From Eledone cirrhosa (taxonomy: Eukaryota): a DNA stretch of 64,000 bases. Each line of letters begins with the position of its first letter. Position 1 is the first letter of the stretch. The notes under the pieces are model-generated. The model was not told where the DNA came from. It made no database searches and saw only the letters and a program-made list of their open reading frames with translations. Location of the stretch: NCBI GenBank assembly GCA_964016885.1, contig OZ024741.1, positions 351,416,001 through 351,480,000 of the forward strand. Direction: 5' to 3'. The position numbers and the translations under genes were made by a program. Below, piece by piece: positions 51,997 to 64,000 of the stretch.

Positions 51997-52965
51997 ATTT
52001 TCCCCATTTACAAATTCATAGACAACGCTACTTTCATCCATCGTACCAATAAGGAAACGTATTTCATTAACAAATTCCAACCTCTACTTAATGCACTAAA
52101 CTTCGGACTAAACTAAAACTGGAACGAACAATCAAACATTTACAAATACCTATGTCTCTCTAAAGAGTTACCTCCCTTACACCCTACCTAATCCTTTTTC
52201 TTAAATAAATTTAATATCATCCAGCATGAATTACCTCGCCCTGCATATTAACTCTCTAAAAAGGAAAATCGTATCAAACCCCAGTCCACCATTTGCCTCC
52301 ATCATGGATCAACTAAGCACTCTTGCTATATTAACACATCTTGATCTGCTTATCTTCAAGAACTATGCCTGTAAATAACATTATTTTTTCTTTCACATTG
52401 ACTTATTATGCTCCACATTACGCTCCATTTTTTCTTTTTTTCTTTTTTTCTTTTTTTCTTTTTTCTTTTTTCTTTTTTCTTTTTTCTTTTTTCTTTTTTC
52501 TTTTTTCTTTTTTCTTTTTTCTTTTTTCTTTTTTCTTTTTTCTCTTTTCTTTTTTCTTTTTTCTTTTTTCTTTTTTCTTTTTTCTTTTTTCTTTTTTCTT
52601 TTTTCTTTTTTCTTTTTTCTTTTTTCTTTTCACTTCATAACCTTGTTTGTAAATAACATTATTCTTTCTGCACCATTTCTTTAACATGTCCAACACCACC
52701 ATTCTACACCAATACATATTATTATCATTTGATAATGCATAAAATGCTGAAACCGGTAATAGACAATTATTAAATATATAAATAAATAAATAAATGCCAT
52801 TGTTAATTAATAAATAAATCAACTAATACCTTAACACTTCACACAAAGAAAAATATTTCGTTTTAATCATTTTCTAACCCGGAAAAAAGAGAGAAAAAAA
52901 TAAAAAGGGAAAAAAATATTTTTTCTTCCTAATAATCGTCTTTTTCTCCCTGTTTTCTCATTCAT
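51995..52965 (+). mobile_element. PLE 3' fragment: endonuclease C-terminus, UTR and decayed minimal hammerhead
   Basis: IFPIYKF..RTNKETYFINKFQPLLN. TTGATAA-tgcataaaatgct-GAAA-ccgg-TA at ~52729-52758. Flanked by (TA)n. Confidence 0.6.
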
Positions 52966-53192
52966 ATATATATATATATATTAGGTTATGCAAGAAATGT
53001 TTAGGATTATCCTGAATGCAGTAATGGTTAATCACTACACTAGATAGAGTCGGCGTACAGTGAGGGGTTACTCAAGGAGTTATGAAAGAACAGTTAAAGA
53101 AACTCGGTTTCCGATTCTTCTGTATTCCGGAGTGTAGATAAAGAATGAATAATAAAACAGGTAGACATCATAAAAAGGTAATTTATTCCGAG

Positions 53193-53311
53193 TGCTTACA
53201 AATGTTTCTATAGTAGTTATACAGCCTAGTCATGCTATGTGCAAATTAGTAGTTATTTATTGCAGATACTCAATTTTCAAATGCTATTTACTCTACCATG
53301 TCTTCAGAGCA
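53193..53311 (-). ncRNA. Type I hammerhead with ~93-nt stem II region
   Basis: Reverse complement: tgct-CTGAAGA-catggtag...ctactata-GAAA-catttg-TA-agca. Confidence 0.75.
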
Positions 53312-53565
53312 AATGGCTAAAGTGTAAATTCCCTTGTATTTCTATCTCTCTCGGCCTCTGTCTATCTCCCTACTTCTCCACATCTATCAACCTGCTCTCT
53401 GTGGCAATAAATAATTCCAAACTTGACAATATCAACACAATGCCTAAGTTGTCACTTTGAGAATAAGCAGTATAATAAAACCACTTGTTGGACCCCTATC
53501 ACAACATTTAGATCAAGCTATCTGTATTCTTAAAACTACTCTCTCCCATTTCTCCGACCCCTACA

Positions 53566-53646
<81 letters not shown>

Positions 53647-53665
53647 TTCTCTCTCTCTCTATCTT

Positions 53666-53725
<60 letters not shown>

Positions 53726-53805
53726 TCTTTCTCTCTTCCTTTTCTACTCTATCTTCCGCAACAACTCCCTTTAAGAAATACAAGGGAATTTACACTTTAG
53801 CCATT

Positions 53806-53925
53806 TGCTCTGAAGACATGGTAGAATAAACAGCATTTGAAAATTGAGTATCTGCAAATAAATAACTACCAATTTGCACATAGCATGACTAGGCTGTATA
53901 ACTACTATAGAAACATTTGTAAGCA
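53806..53925 (+). ncRNA. Type I hammerhead, inverted twin of 53193-53311
   Basis: Same motif, followed by AATAAA. Confidence 0.75.
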
Positions 53926-54040
53926 CTCGGAATAAATTACCTTTTTATGATGTCTAAATGTTTATATTTTGTTATTGTGTATGCAAAAATATCTGTACAT
54001 GAATATATAATTATATATATATATTAAAATAACAGATTAA

Positions 54041-54091
54041 AGTTTAAGCAAAGAATCGCTGCTTTCACCCTTAACGGGATCTTCTGAAACT
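54041..54091 (-). ncRNA. Hammerhead with core substitution
   Basis: Reverse complement: agttt-CAGAAGA-tcccgttaagggt-GAAA-gca...tgc-TT-aaact. A truncated fold-back copy lies at 56085-56170. Confidence 0.6.
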
Positions 54092-54144
54092 AAAAAATCA
54101 ATCTGTGAACGCAGAAGTAAATATTTCGCAAAACGTTACACACA

Positions 54145-54185
<41 letters not shown>

Positions 54186-54974
54186 TATAGCGTCATAATG
54201 TCGTAATGCAGACAGCCAGGCATACGGACAGATATTATAAGGGCGCAACGTTATATCTATGTATCTATCTAAAAAGAAAGACTAAGAATTATTGAGAGAG
54301 ATCGCTAAATCGCTTAATGCGCTCCCTAGGGCATAAAAAATATTCTTTGCTCAAAACACTTACATGACCATAAGTATTACATGTATAAAGTTTGAAAACA
54401 ATCGGTTGAGTGGTTCTAATACTAAAGGGTTAAGGTATTGTTCTCAAAATAAATAATATTAAATCTATGAGATTTTTATATTATGTGAGATAAAGTCTTT
54501 ACCTTGAAAATAATATAGTATATATAGAGTAATGTAAATGCTAAAGGGTTAATTCCATCAGACCATGTGAGAGAGTTCATAATCACTCACGCACACATAC
54601 ACACTCACGCATGCAAACGCACACAAACTCACACACACACGCGCGCACGTACACACACACGCAATAGTTATTCCACTGTCATGTATCTTTGACGCATACA
54701 ACTCTCAAAAGACGGCGTCTGTAACTCTCTCTCTCTCCCGCTATCTCCCTCTTTTAGTCTGTCTGTTTCTTTCACTCTCACTCTTTCTCTCTGTAACTCG
54801 TTCACATTTCTCCCCTCTATCGAAAAACGGTGTGACAAATGGGGAGAAGGAGGAGGAGGAGTAGAGAGCCACTTCTTCACTTCGCCTCTCCGTTTCTTTA
54901 TCTCCCCTCTCACTCCCTCATTATGTACAGACATTGGCTACTTCACTAATTCGATCCCTAGTTCAGAATAATTT

Positions 54975-55097
54975 GAATTTTTTTTTTTTTGCTCAAAACG
55001 CTTCCTGGGCCATTCGGGTTACATGTGTAAAGTTTGAAAAAAAACGGTTGGGTACTTCTCGAGATTTAGGGAAGCAGACACACAGACAGACATCCTC

Positions 55098-55105
<8 letters not shown>
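54975..55105. mobile_element. Probable non-autonomous Helitron-like terminal fragment
   Basis: aagtttgaaaaaaaacggttgggtacttctcgagat..cagacacacagacagacat..ttttatata. A related piece lies at 54345-54418. Confidence 0.4.
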
Positions 55106-55165
<60 letters not shown>

Positions 55166-55689
55166 GCACATCAGTACACTCATGCATGCGCAAACACAGG
55201 CCCATGCTTTAGGAGGTAGTGGAATTGTCTGTGCCCATGCTCCTACATAGGCCCATGCATGTCCAAATTAGGAGGAGGTAGGATTGTCTGCACACACGCA
55301 CCTGCATGTATCATAACCGTGTAGCACACATGTACGTACTACATTCAGGGAAGAAGAGGTTTAAGGTTATTTACACATATACACATGGGAAGTAAAATAT
55401 GTAAACTTACATGTGAGTAGTGGCAGGTTGGTGGTACAAGGTTGGTGATAAGTGGATATATTAGGTGTGGGCGAGCGAGTAGCGTGTGGGCCTGGGGTCT
55501 CTACAAGTGGGTTCTTGGGGGAGGGGGTGTGAGTGCTTGGGCAGAAGTGTAGAGTGGGGGCATGGTCCAGGTACATGTCTCTGCGCAGACATAGAGGCCG
55601 AGTGGTTTGTGTACTTGCGCTGTGTAGATATGGGTCACTAGCCTCCTGGGTCGTTTGCTAGTGTGAGGCATAGGTATGATTTTTGTATG

Positions 55690-55870
55690 CGGCGACTACA
55701 TTTGGTGACTAGTTCAGATTTTTTATTTATTAGTAAGTCCTTGTAGAGCAGTATGCAAAAGGCTTCGTCCAAGCACAAGTTACAAGGGCTTCCTCCTCCT
55801 GAGTACCGTCATACCTATGTATGCTTTTCTTTGCGTGCTGGTGGTGACCTCCCGTCTATATACTATATAC
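55690..55870 (-). mobile_element. Internally deleted PLE GIY-YIG fragment
   Basis: IVYRREVTTSTQRKAYIGMT joined out of frame to YSGGGSPCNLCLDEAFCILLYKDLLINKKSELVTKC. Confidence 0.75.
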
Positions 55871-55905
55871 TGTATATATATATACGTATATGCATACATA
55901 CATAC

Positions 55906-55994
<89 letters not shown>

Positions 55995-56226
55995 GTAATA
56001 ATAATAAATTTGAAGACTAAAATCCAAAGAGGGCTCGATAAGGATAACTATATATCAAATATATAAGAACCCTAGAGCAAATATTTATTAAAATAACAGA
56101 TTAAAGTTTAAGCAAAGAATCGCTGCTTTCACCCGATTCTTTGCTTAAATTTTAATCTGTTATTTTATTAAATATATGTATGTATCTAATACCAACACTT
56201 TTTTAACTTATATATATATATATCAG

Positions 56227-56271
<45 letters not shown>

Positions 56272-56298
56272 ATAAATATGGTGGGTCCGTCAACTCCT

Positions 56299-56383
<85 letters not shown>

Positions 56384-56393
56384 ATATAGAAAA

Positions 56394-56444
56394 GACTTCT
56401 ACAGGACTAGAACTGTTTCATTCGGGAGAAATCATCAGGAAGCC
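56394..56444 (-). ncRNA. Type I hammerhead ribozyme
   Basis: Reverse complement: ggcttc-CTGATGA-tttctcccgaat-GAAA-cag..ctg-TA-gaagtc, embedded in (TA)n. Confidence 0.8.
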
Positions 56445-57029
56445 CTATATATATAGCTGTCGAAACGGCCGGAGCTCAGCCGTCAAGGTCCTGACTCTTT
56501 TCCTATTACCCACTCTACTACCCTAAGTATTGAGTACTCTGGTGCGTAAGGTCCACCTGGTATCTTACCACACCCTCTTTATATATATATACACACACAG
56601 AGGGGGAGGAGGGTGAGAGGGAATTAGGTAGATAGATAGATAGACAGATAAATAAATATCAGTCATGTTTATTCACTGTCCTGACTTCATCGAAAGATCT
56701 TTATTAACCATAGAATAATAAAGTATGTAATTTTTTGTGTCAAGATAGTAGGACGCTAATCACCCGTGAATTACTTTCCTTCATTCATTAGTTTTAGGTA
56801 AAAGATGAAAAATTTGATTTAGACAGAAAAAAACTATAAAGTATAGACATAAACAGATTTGATACATACATACAAGCATGCATACATACATATCTACATA
56901 AATACATACATACATTCTTGCGATTCAAGGAATGATAATTTCTTTTCTTTTACAAGCTTGCCAAAAGAAAGGTTGCCGGTCAAAAATGTACTCGAAGAGA
57001 AAGAGAAACATACATACATACATGATGAT

Positions 57030-57345
57030 GTTGATGGCTGCCCCCTCGTTACCGAGTATGGCCATTGCACGATATACCATTATTAATAATTATTAATTAA
57101 TTCTATCGTGCAATACCTGTGCGTGAAGATATTTTTTAAAGTGAGGAAAGACTGTGCACTGAATCAATCCCACTCTCTGAGCGACAGTAGCTATAACTTG
57201 AAAAGAAGAAAATATCAACATCATCGGTAACTACTGAGCCGCAGGTTTTATATCGGGGTTATCCCAGTTTCCTGGGTTGCCTTCTCCTAGAAGAATGCCC
57301 TGACAAAGGCTAGGGGTTCTTCACTCCCAGTGGTTTAACCACGCG
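57030..57345 (-). mobile_element. Related RTE-derived short element (second subfamily)
   Basis: Shares the terminal hairpin (ggctgccccctcgttaccgagtatggcca) and the ccttctcctag..tgacaaaggcta block with the 600-bp family. Confidence 0.6.
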
Positions 57346-57372
57346 GTACATGTGTATATACATATTTTCACA

Positions 57373-60185
57373 CTTTTGGATGGCCGTTGACTCTTATGAG
57401 TTCTTCCGCCCTTTGTCAGGTTTTGTTTTTTGTCCTGCAGGGTGTCCAAAACCACCCTCATCACCAAATAAACTTGGTGGGGTTGCCGGTTTAGTCCCCT
57501 ACGACCCGACTATGCGACAGGTTGTACTGGGTTACATGTTACCAGTAGCACTCAAGAGTGACCCGACATACATACATACATGGTGGCTGCCAACTCGTTT
57601 TCGAGTACGGCCACTACTTTATATCCATGTAGGATAACCCCTACCGATGCACTGAACGAGTATGACTTTTTAGTCCAGCCAGCGACTTGAAAACTCTGGT
57701 ACAAACACTACACTTGTGACAATTATTGACTCATAGTGCTGGGCCCATGGTACCATGTGACGACAAGTGCAGAGAGATCTCCAGATATAAAGCAATGCCT
57801 GTGCCGTGAAGCTTTTATAGTGAGCAAAGGCACTGCACAAAGCCAGTCCCACTCTCTTAACCAAGATGATATTTACCAAAAAGAAGAACAAGTCAACATC
57901 ATTGGATACCATCAGGGTATGAGAGTTTTCCTTCTCCTAGAATTCTGCCTTGACAAAGGCTAAGGGGTCATCTCTCCCGGTGATTTTGGATGGCCATTGA
58001 CTCTTAAGAGCTCCTTTGCCCTTTGACAGGTTTTGTTTTTAGTCCTGCAGGATGTCCAAAGTCATCCTCCTCACCAAGAAAACTTGGTGGGGTTGCCAGT
58101 TTAGTCGCCAACGACCCGACCATGAGACAGGTTGTACTGGGATACATGTTACCAGTAGCACCAAGTGGTGACCTGACATACATACATACATACATACATA
58201 CATACATACATACATACATACATACATACATACATACATACATACATACATACATACATACATGGTGGCTGCCAACTCGTTTTCGAGTACGGCCACTACT
58301 TTATATCCATGTAGGAGAACTCCTACCGATGCGCTGAACGAATGTGACTTTTTAGTCCAGCCAGCGACTTGAAAACTCTGGTACAAAGACTACACTTGTG
58401 ACCATTATTGACACATAGTGCTGGGCCCATGGTTCCATGTGACGACAAGTGCAGAGAGATCTCCAGATATAAAGCAATGCCTGTGCCGTGAAGCTTTTAT
58501 AGTGAGCAAAGGCACTGCACAAAGCCAGTCCCACTCTCTTAACCAAGATGATATTTACCAAAAAGAAGAACAAGTCAACATCATTGGATACCATCAGGGT
58601 TGCAGGTGTTATATCAGAGTTTTCCTTCTCCTAGAATTCTGCTTTGACAAAGGCTAAGGGGTCATCTCTCCCGGTGATTTTGGATGGCTATTGACTCTTA
58701 AGAGCTCCCTTGCCTTTTGACAGGTTTTGTTTTTAGTCCTGCAGGATGTCCAAAGTCACCCTCCTCACCAAGAAACCTTGGTGGGGTTGGTATGTATGTA
58801 TGTATACATACATACATACATACATACATACCAACCCGCTTGGACCAAAGTATGACTGAACTTGGATTTGCGGACAAAAAGCGCAGCTCCCTAATTCATA
58901 GTCTACAAATGGCTGCGATAGCTGGCACCTTCAAAATTTGCAAAACATTCTTGCGATTCAAGGGATGACAATTTCTTTTTTTTACAACCTTGCCACCAGG
59001 AAGGTGGCCGGTCAAAAAAAATATACTCGAAATTAAGAGAAAGAGAAAACATACATACATACATACATACATACATGGTGGCTGCCAACTCGTTTTCGAG
59101 TACGGCCACTACTTTATATCCATGGAGGAGAACCCCTACCGAAGCGCTGAACGAGTGTGACTTTTAGTCCAGCCAGCGACCTGAAAACTCTGGTACAAAC
59201 ACTACACTTGTGACAATTATTGACACATAGTGCTGGGCCCATGGTACCATGTGAGGACAAGTGCAGAGATATCTCCTGATATAAAGCAATGCCTGTGCCG
59301 TGAAGCTTTTATAGTGAGCAAAGGCACTGCACAAAGCCAGTCCCACTCTCTTAACCAAGATGATATTTACCAAAAAGAAGAACAAGTCAACATCATTGGA
59401 TACCATCAGGGTTGCAGGTGTTATATCAGAGTTTTCCTTCTCCTAGAATTCTGCCTTGACAAAGGCTAAGGGGTCATCTCTCCCTACATATATATATACA
59501 TATATATATACACACATATATATACATATATATATATACACATATATATATACATACATATATACACATACATACACATATACACACACATATATATACA
59601 TACATATATATACATATATACATATACATACATATACATACATACATATATATACATATATATACACATATATACACATACATACATAAATATATACATA
59701 TATATATATACATACATATATATATGTACATACATATACATATACATATACATATATATATACATACATATATACATATATATATACATATATATATACA
59801 TATATATATATATACATATACATATACATACACATATATATACACATATATATACATACACACATACATACACATATACATACATATATACATACACATA
59901 TACATACACATATACATACATACATACATACACACATACATACATACATACATACATATATACATACATACATACACACATATATACACATATATATACA
60001 CACATACATACATACACATATATATACACATACACATACACATACATACATATACATATACATATATATATACATATATATATATATATACATATATATA
60101 TGGTGGCTGCCAACTCGTTTTCGAGTACGGCCACTACTTCATATCCATGTAGGAGAACCTCTACCGATGCGCTGAATGACTGACT
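57373..60185 (-). mobile_element. Cluster of five RTE-derived non-autonomous copies separated by (CATA)n
   Basis: Copies at 57373-57565, 57581-58175 (complete), 58263-58790, 59076-59483 and 60101-60185. Confidence 0.8.
58831..59050 (+). mobile_element. R4/Dong-type 3' end embedded in (CATA)n
   Basis: ELGF..LQMAAIAGTFKICKTFL followed by a 3' UTR. A shorter copy lies at 56912-57008. Confidence 0.75.
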
Positions 60186-60194
60186 TTTTTTTTT

Positions 60195-60226
<32 letters not shown>

Positions 60227-60964
60227 CATACATACATACATACATACATACATACATACATACATACATACATACATACATAATTGGTTCACAGGTGGAC
60301 AGGAATACAAAATCTAATACATAACTTCTTTTTGGACGACCTGAAACTCTATGCCAAGAACATAAATGAGATGAAGAAAAATCTTGACCTGGTTTCGACG
60401 TTCTCAAAGGATATAGGAATTGGGTTTGGCCAAGATAAATGTTCATATATGACTGTAAAACGGGGAAAAACTACAACCCAATCTAACAACATTTTTATCA
60501 ATGGCCTAACTGTTTCACCGATATCTGACGAGGACTGCTACAGATACCTGGGGATAGATGAGAACATATCCTGTGATGGTGTTTGTAACAAGGAACGTGT
60601 AACCAGGGAATATAACACCCGAATAAGAAATATTTGGTCTTCTAAATTCTCTACGCACAATATATCAGTGGTTTACAATATATTTGTTGTGCCTGTCCTG
60701 ATACCAACATTTGGAATACTTGATTGGACGCTAGCTGAAATCCAAGCCATCGATGTTAAAACCTGAAAAGTCCTAACAAACACCGGAAATCTCCATGTCA
60801 ACAGTGATATTGACCTTCTATGCCTGAAACATAAACAGAGAGGCAGATGCCTAACATCAGTCTAGACGGCATTTGAGGGTCGCATCCTATCTCTCAGAGA
60901 TATACGAACCACCAAGCATAGGAGCCCATCTATTAAACATGTCTGTCTACACGAAACAGTGTGG

Positions 60965-62198
60965 TAAGAAACTCTCAGAAGGGCTGGACAGCAGGTCTTC
61001 AGAGAAGAAATCCCACTAAAGAGAGTGTTTCGGCCCTTAAATTCTTACATTCTAAGGGAGCCAGGCCGCATCCAGGTCATGACTACTAGGTGTCCTTCTG
61101 CTGACATTTAGCTATTCGGAAATCGGAGACCTGCTGTTTATTTCAACTGTATGGAGATTTTGTTGACAGGGTCTAGTTGGATCTCCTCTCTGTTGCCTCT
61201 TCTCGTAGCGAGCGTTAAAATACAAACCCGATGCCTCTCACGCGGTATGGAGGTCCTTTTTGTTCCTCTTCAACCAAATCCAGCTGGAACTCTTTTCTAC
61301 AGCCTCTGTTATTGCTTTCAGAGCTTTGGCCCTTGTCTTCCAAGAGACTGAAAGTTATTTCTTGAAATTGTAGGCAGACTTTCCCACAAAGTCTCTGGTT
61401 CCAACCTCTGTGGCAAGAACTTTGACTCGGAAGTCGGTTTCCCTCAGGCTGTTGGCCAAACTGGCTTGTTGTACGGTCTTGAATACATGTACTTCTTCTA
61501 ATCTACTTTCAAATGGCATGGTGAATTCAATCCAAATCAGCTCTTTTGATGAACTGGAATGGAGTAAGATATCCGCCTCAAACCACTTTTTCTTTGGCAC
61601 TTGCAGGCGGCAAGTTAAACTTAAAACGATCGGTGTCAAGAGCCTGCACAAATTCGTCGTCTGATTTAACAGCGTGGATGTCCTTGGCACTATTTTCTTT
61701 ACTCCTGGTCCTGGTTCTCCGACATCTTATATGCTGAAGCAATGCGCTGCTGTTCATTCGAAAAAGTTCTTGCACAACCTTTTTTCGTGCAGTGGATCTC
61801 CATGCCACGTACAATGGAGAATACCCTTCCACAAACACATGGGAATTCCATTTTTCCTGTAATCGTAGTCCGTTGTGAATTTGCAGTCGTTAACATGGTG
61901 CCAGTGGATTCATCATTCTCTCCACCTTTCGGTGAATCCTGGGATCATCTTTCATTATTAGAACTTGTCCCTTACGGAGTCGATGAAATAAAGTACCAGT
62001 CACGCACTGCGGTCGATTTAATCGACTTTCCCCTCCCCCAAAATTGCTGGCCTTGTTAAGAAAGCATTATAAGAAACCATTATTAGAACTTGTTGCAAAG
62101 AAAGGCAAAGCGGGGAGATATCCCTCAGAGTCAGGCAAATAACGTGACAGTTGGAAAGAGCTCTTTGCATGATAACCAAATAGAAATACTCCCTGCAT
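60965..62198 (-). mobile_element. Internally deleted R2-Hero-type non-LTR element
   Basis: An N-terminal finger CVCGRVFSIVRGMEIHCTKKGC sits next to the RLE region ADILLHS..IEFTMPFE..EVGTRDFVG. No RT. Confidence 0.8.
61969..62077 (+). mobile_element. Truncated SINE with 16-bp TSD in the Hero 5' region
   Basis: cattattagaacttgt is duplicated at 61953-61968 and 62078-62093. Confidence 0.92.
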
Positions 62199-63217
62199 GA
62201 TAACCCAAAATTTACATCCAGGGAAATTACCCAGCAACACCGTAATGATTCCGTGGATGAAAAACTGCATGCTTATCAGCAAAAAAATCATGCATGACTA
62301 TGTTGCGACGAAGCTCCAAAGTAAGAATAATATAGGACACAAAAGTAGCCTATCTTCGATCATCAACCGCTATATTAGCTCTCAATTTGAAGAATATGTT
62401 TTTGCAATCCAAGAGCAGGAAATAACTACAAAATACCTAATTCACAAAAGAGATAGGGATGCAGGTAAAACACCTAGATGTGACAACAGATGTAGACTTT
62501 GCTGAATTAACATTGAAGGTGTCACTCACATCATAAGCAACTGTCCAAAGATGTCATTATGGTGCTATCTACCCATGAGGCATGATGTACCAAAACAATA
62601 TACAATCCAATCCGTACAAAGGATAGCCCCGACAACAAACATATTAAAAGTTACAGCAAAGTGGAAGACATATACATAATATGAAAGCGTACTGGTAGAA
62701 TGTTCCAGTCAAAACCGCAATAAAATGCAAACAGAACAAACCAGAGATAGAGATATGGGACAGAGAAAAGAAGGCATGTACATTAGAAGAAAACAGCTGC
62801 CCAACATATGTCAATATAATGCTAAAGATCAGAGAAAAGAATATTTACGCTGAACTAATGAAGAATCTGCAGATACTCCACCCTGGCTCTACCTTTAGAT
62901 TTATACCTGTGATCATTGGGGCTCTTAGATACGCCACTAACTCCCTCAGTACAAATCTTGAGAAGCTGCACTTCACAGAACCAGAAAGAGCACGTAAGAA
63001 TATGTAAAACATTAAACATTCTGCATTTAATAACTGCATATACACACGTATAGACACAGAAACATATGTACATTTACACATATAACTCAAAACATACAGA
63101 TCCACACATACAATAACATCCATACCTGCACGCACACACACGCGCGCGCGCGAGAGAGAGTTTTTTGTTTCCTGCTACGTCCAAAAAATAACAACACCAA
63201 CAACAAAAATAGTAAAA

Positions 63218-63440
63218 GTGGTTTCAGATTTAGCCACAAAGCCAACAACTTGCGGAAGGGAGCAGAAAGTCGTTTTAATCGACTCCAGTGCGTTACTGGT
63301 ATTTTATTTTATCAACCACGTGAGGATGAAGTGCAAAAGTTAACCTCCGCGAGATTTGAAATCAGAACGTAAAAAGACATAACTCTATGCTGCAAAGGAT
63401 GGTGCCTGACGCTCTACCGATACTGCCAATCTATCGGCCT
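63218..63440 (-). mobile_element. SINE (main family)
   Basis: Core and head match. Confidence 0.85.
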
Positions 63441-63580
63441 GGATAAAATTAGTAATAATAATAATTATCATAACACCACCTTATAACAAAAATAGTAATA
63501 ATAATTATTGCCATTACCTTCACTATCATAATGACAACTATAAATATAATGATCTAATCTGCAAAGTAAACAATTGTAGG

Positions 63581-63702
<122 letters not shown>

Positions 63703-64000
63703 ATAAAATGTCGGATCTATTCATTTGAATCTTTGAGCTTATTCTACAGTGGATATGGCGCGTGTCTCGGACATGACTCCTTTAATTTAATTTAATTAAA
63801 TCTATTTCGGATATATAAACGGCTCCTTATCTGTAGAGCTAAATCGGTTTAAAGGACTTGGCTGCTATTTATAGCTGTCGACCACCCTATTCACGCCAAT
63901 GGGAGGACGCTAGCATGTTGTTAGTAGTTTTAGAATCGCAGCACGTGCGACGGGTCACTCGCAGATTTGTATTTGATGCTTAAACACAGACAGTTATTTC

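Larger units (their letters stand above)
60284..63050 (+). mobile_element. R4/Dong-type non-LTR element, 5'-truncated, split by a nested Hero element
   Basis: HNFFLDDLKLYAK..FGQDKC, YRYLGI, FAIQEQEI, CRLC..H..C and RHD..P(E)I.IWD (RT - CCHC - RLE). Confidence 0.88.

Noticed and set aside
57670-59469. Recurrent ~79-aa ORFs (MLGPWYHVTTS.., MVSNDVDL..)
   Set aside because: They lie inside near-identical repeat copies, tolerate indels and show no recognisable domain.
57581-60185. Repeated 36-nt hairpin tggtggctgccaactcgttttcgagtacggccacta as a CRISPR-like repeat
   Set aside because: The intervening sequences are homologous to each other and hundreds of bp long, there are no cas genes, and the context is eukaryotic.

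Overview
This window is eukaryotic, almost entirely repeat-derived DNA. The AT-rich background, dense (TA)/(CA)/(GA)/(TTA)/(CATA) microsatellites and tRNA-headed SINEs suggest an animal, probably a cephalopod mollusc such as Octopus (inference). I can support no host gene; most ORF-track entries are microsatellite or antisense artefacts. Recognisable elements are five Tx1/L1-type LINE copies (two full length, three of them head-to-tail), over a dozen SINE copies, two mariners, a Merlin-type MITE and piggyBac-type MITEs. There are also Penelope-like (PLE) RT/GIY-YIG fragments, R4/Dong, R2-Hero, CRE and RTE fragments, and a cluster of ~600-bp RTE-derived non-autonomous elements. The main structure not visible in the ORF track is about 20 type I hammerhead ribozyme motifs, intact or slightly decayed, in many unrelated sequence families. 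They sit in short non-coding modules that end in (TA)n tracts and often form fold-back inverted duplications. Retroelement families also appear to partition the microsatellites: (TA)n for PLE/hammerhead modules, (TTA)n for Tx1, and (CATA)n for Dong and the RTE derivative. All folds and boundaries were read by eye and are approximate.
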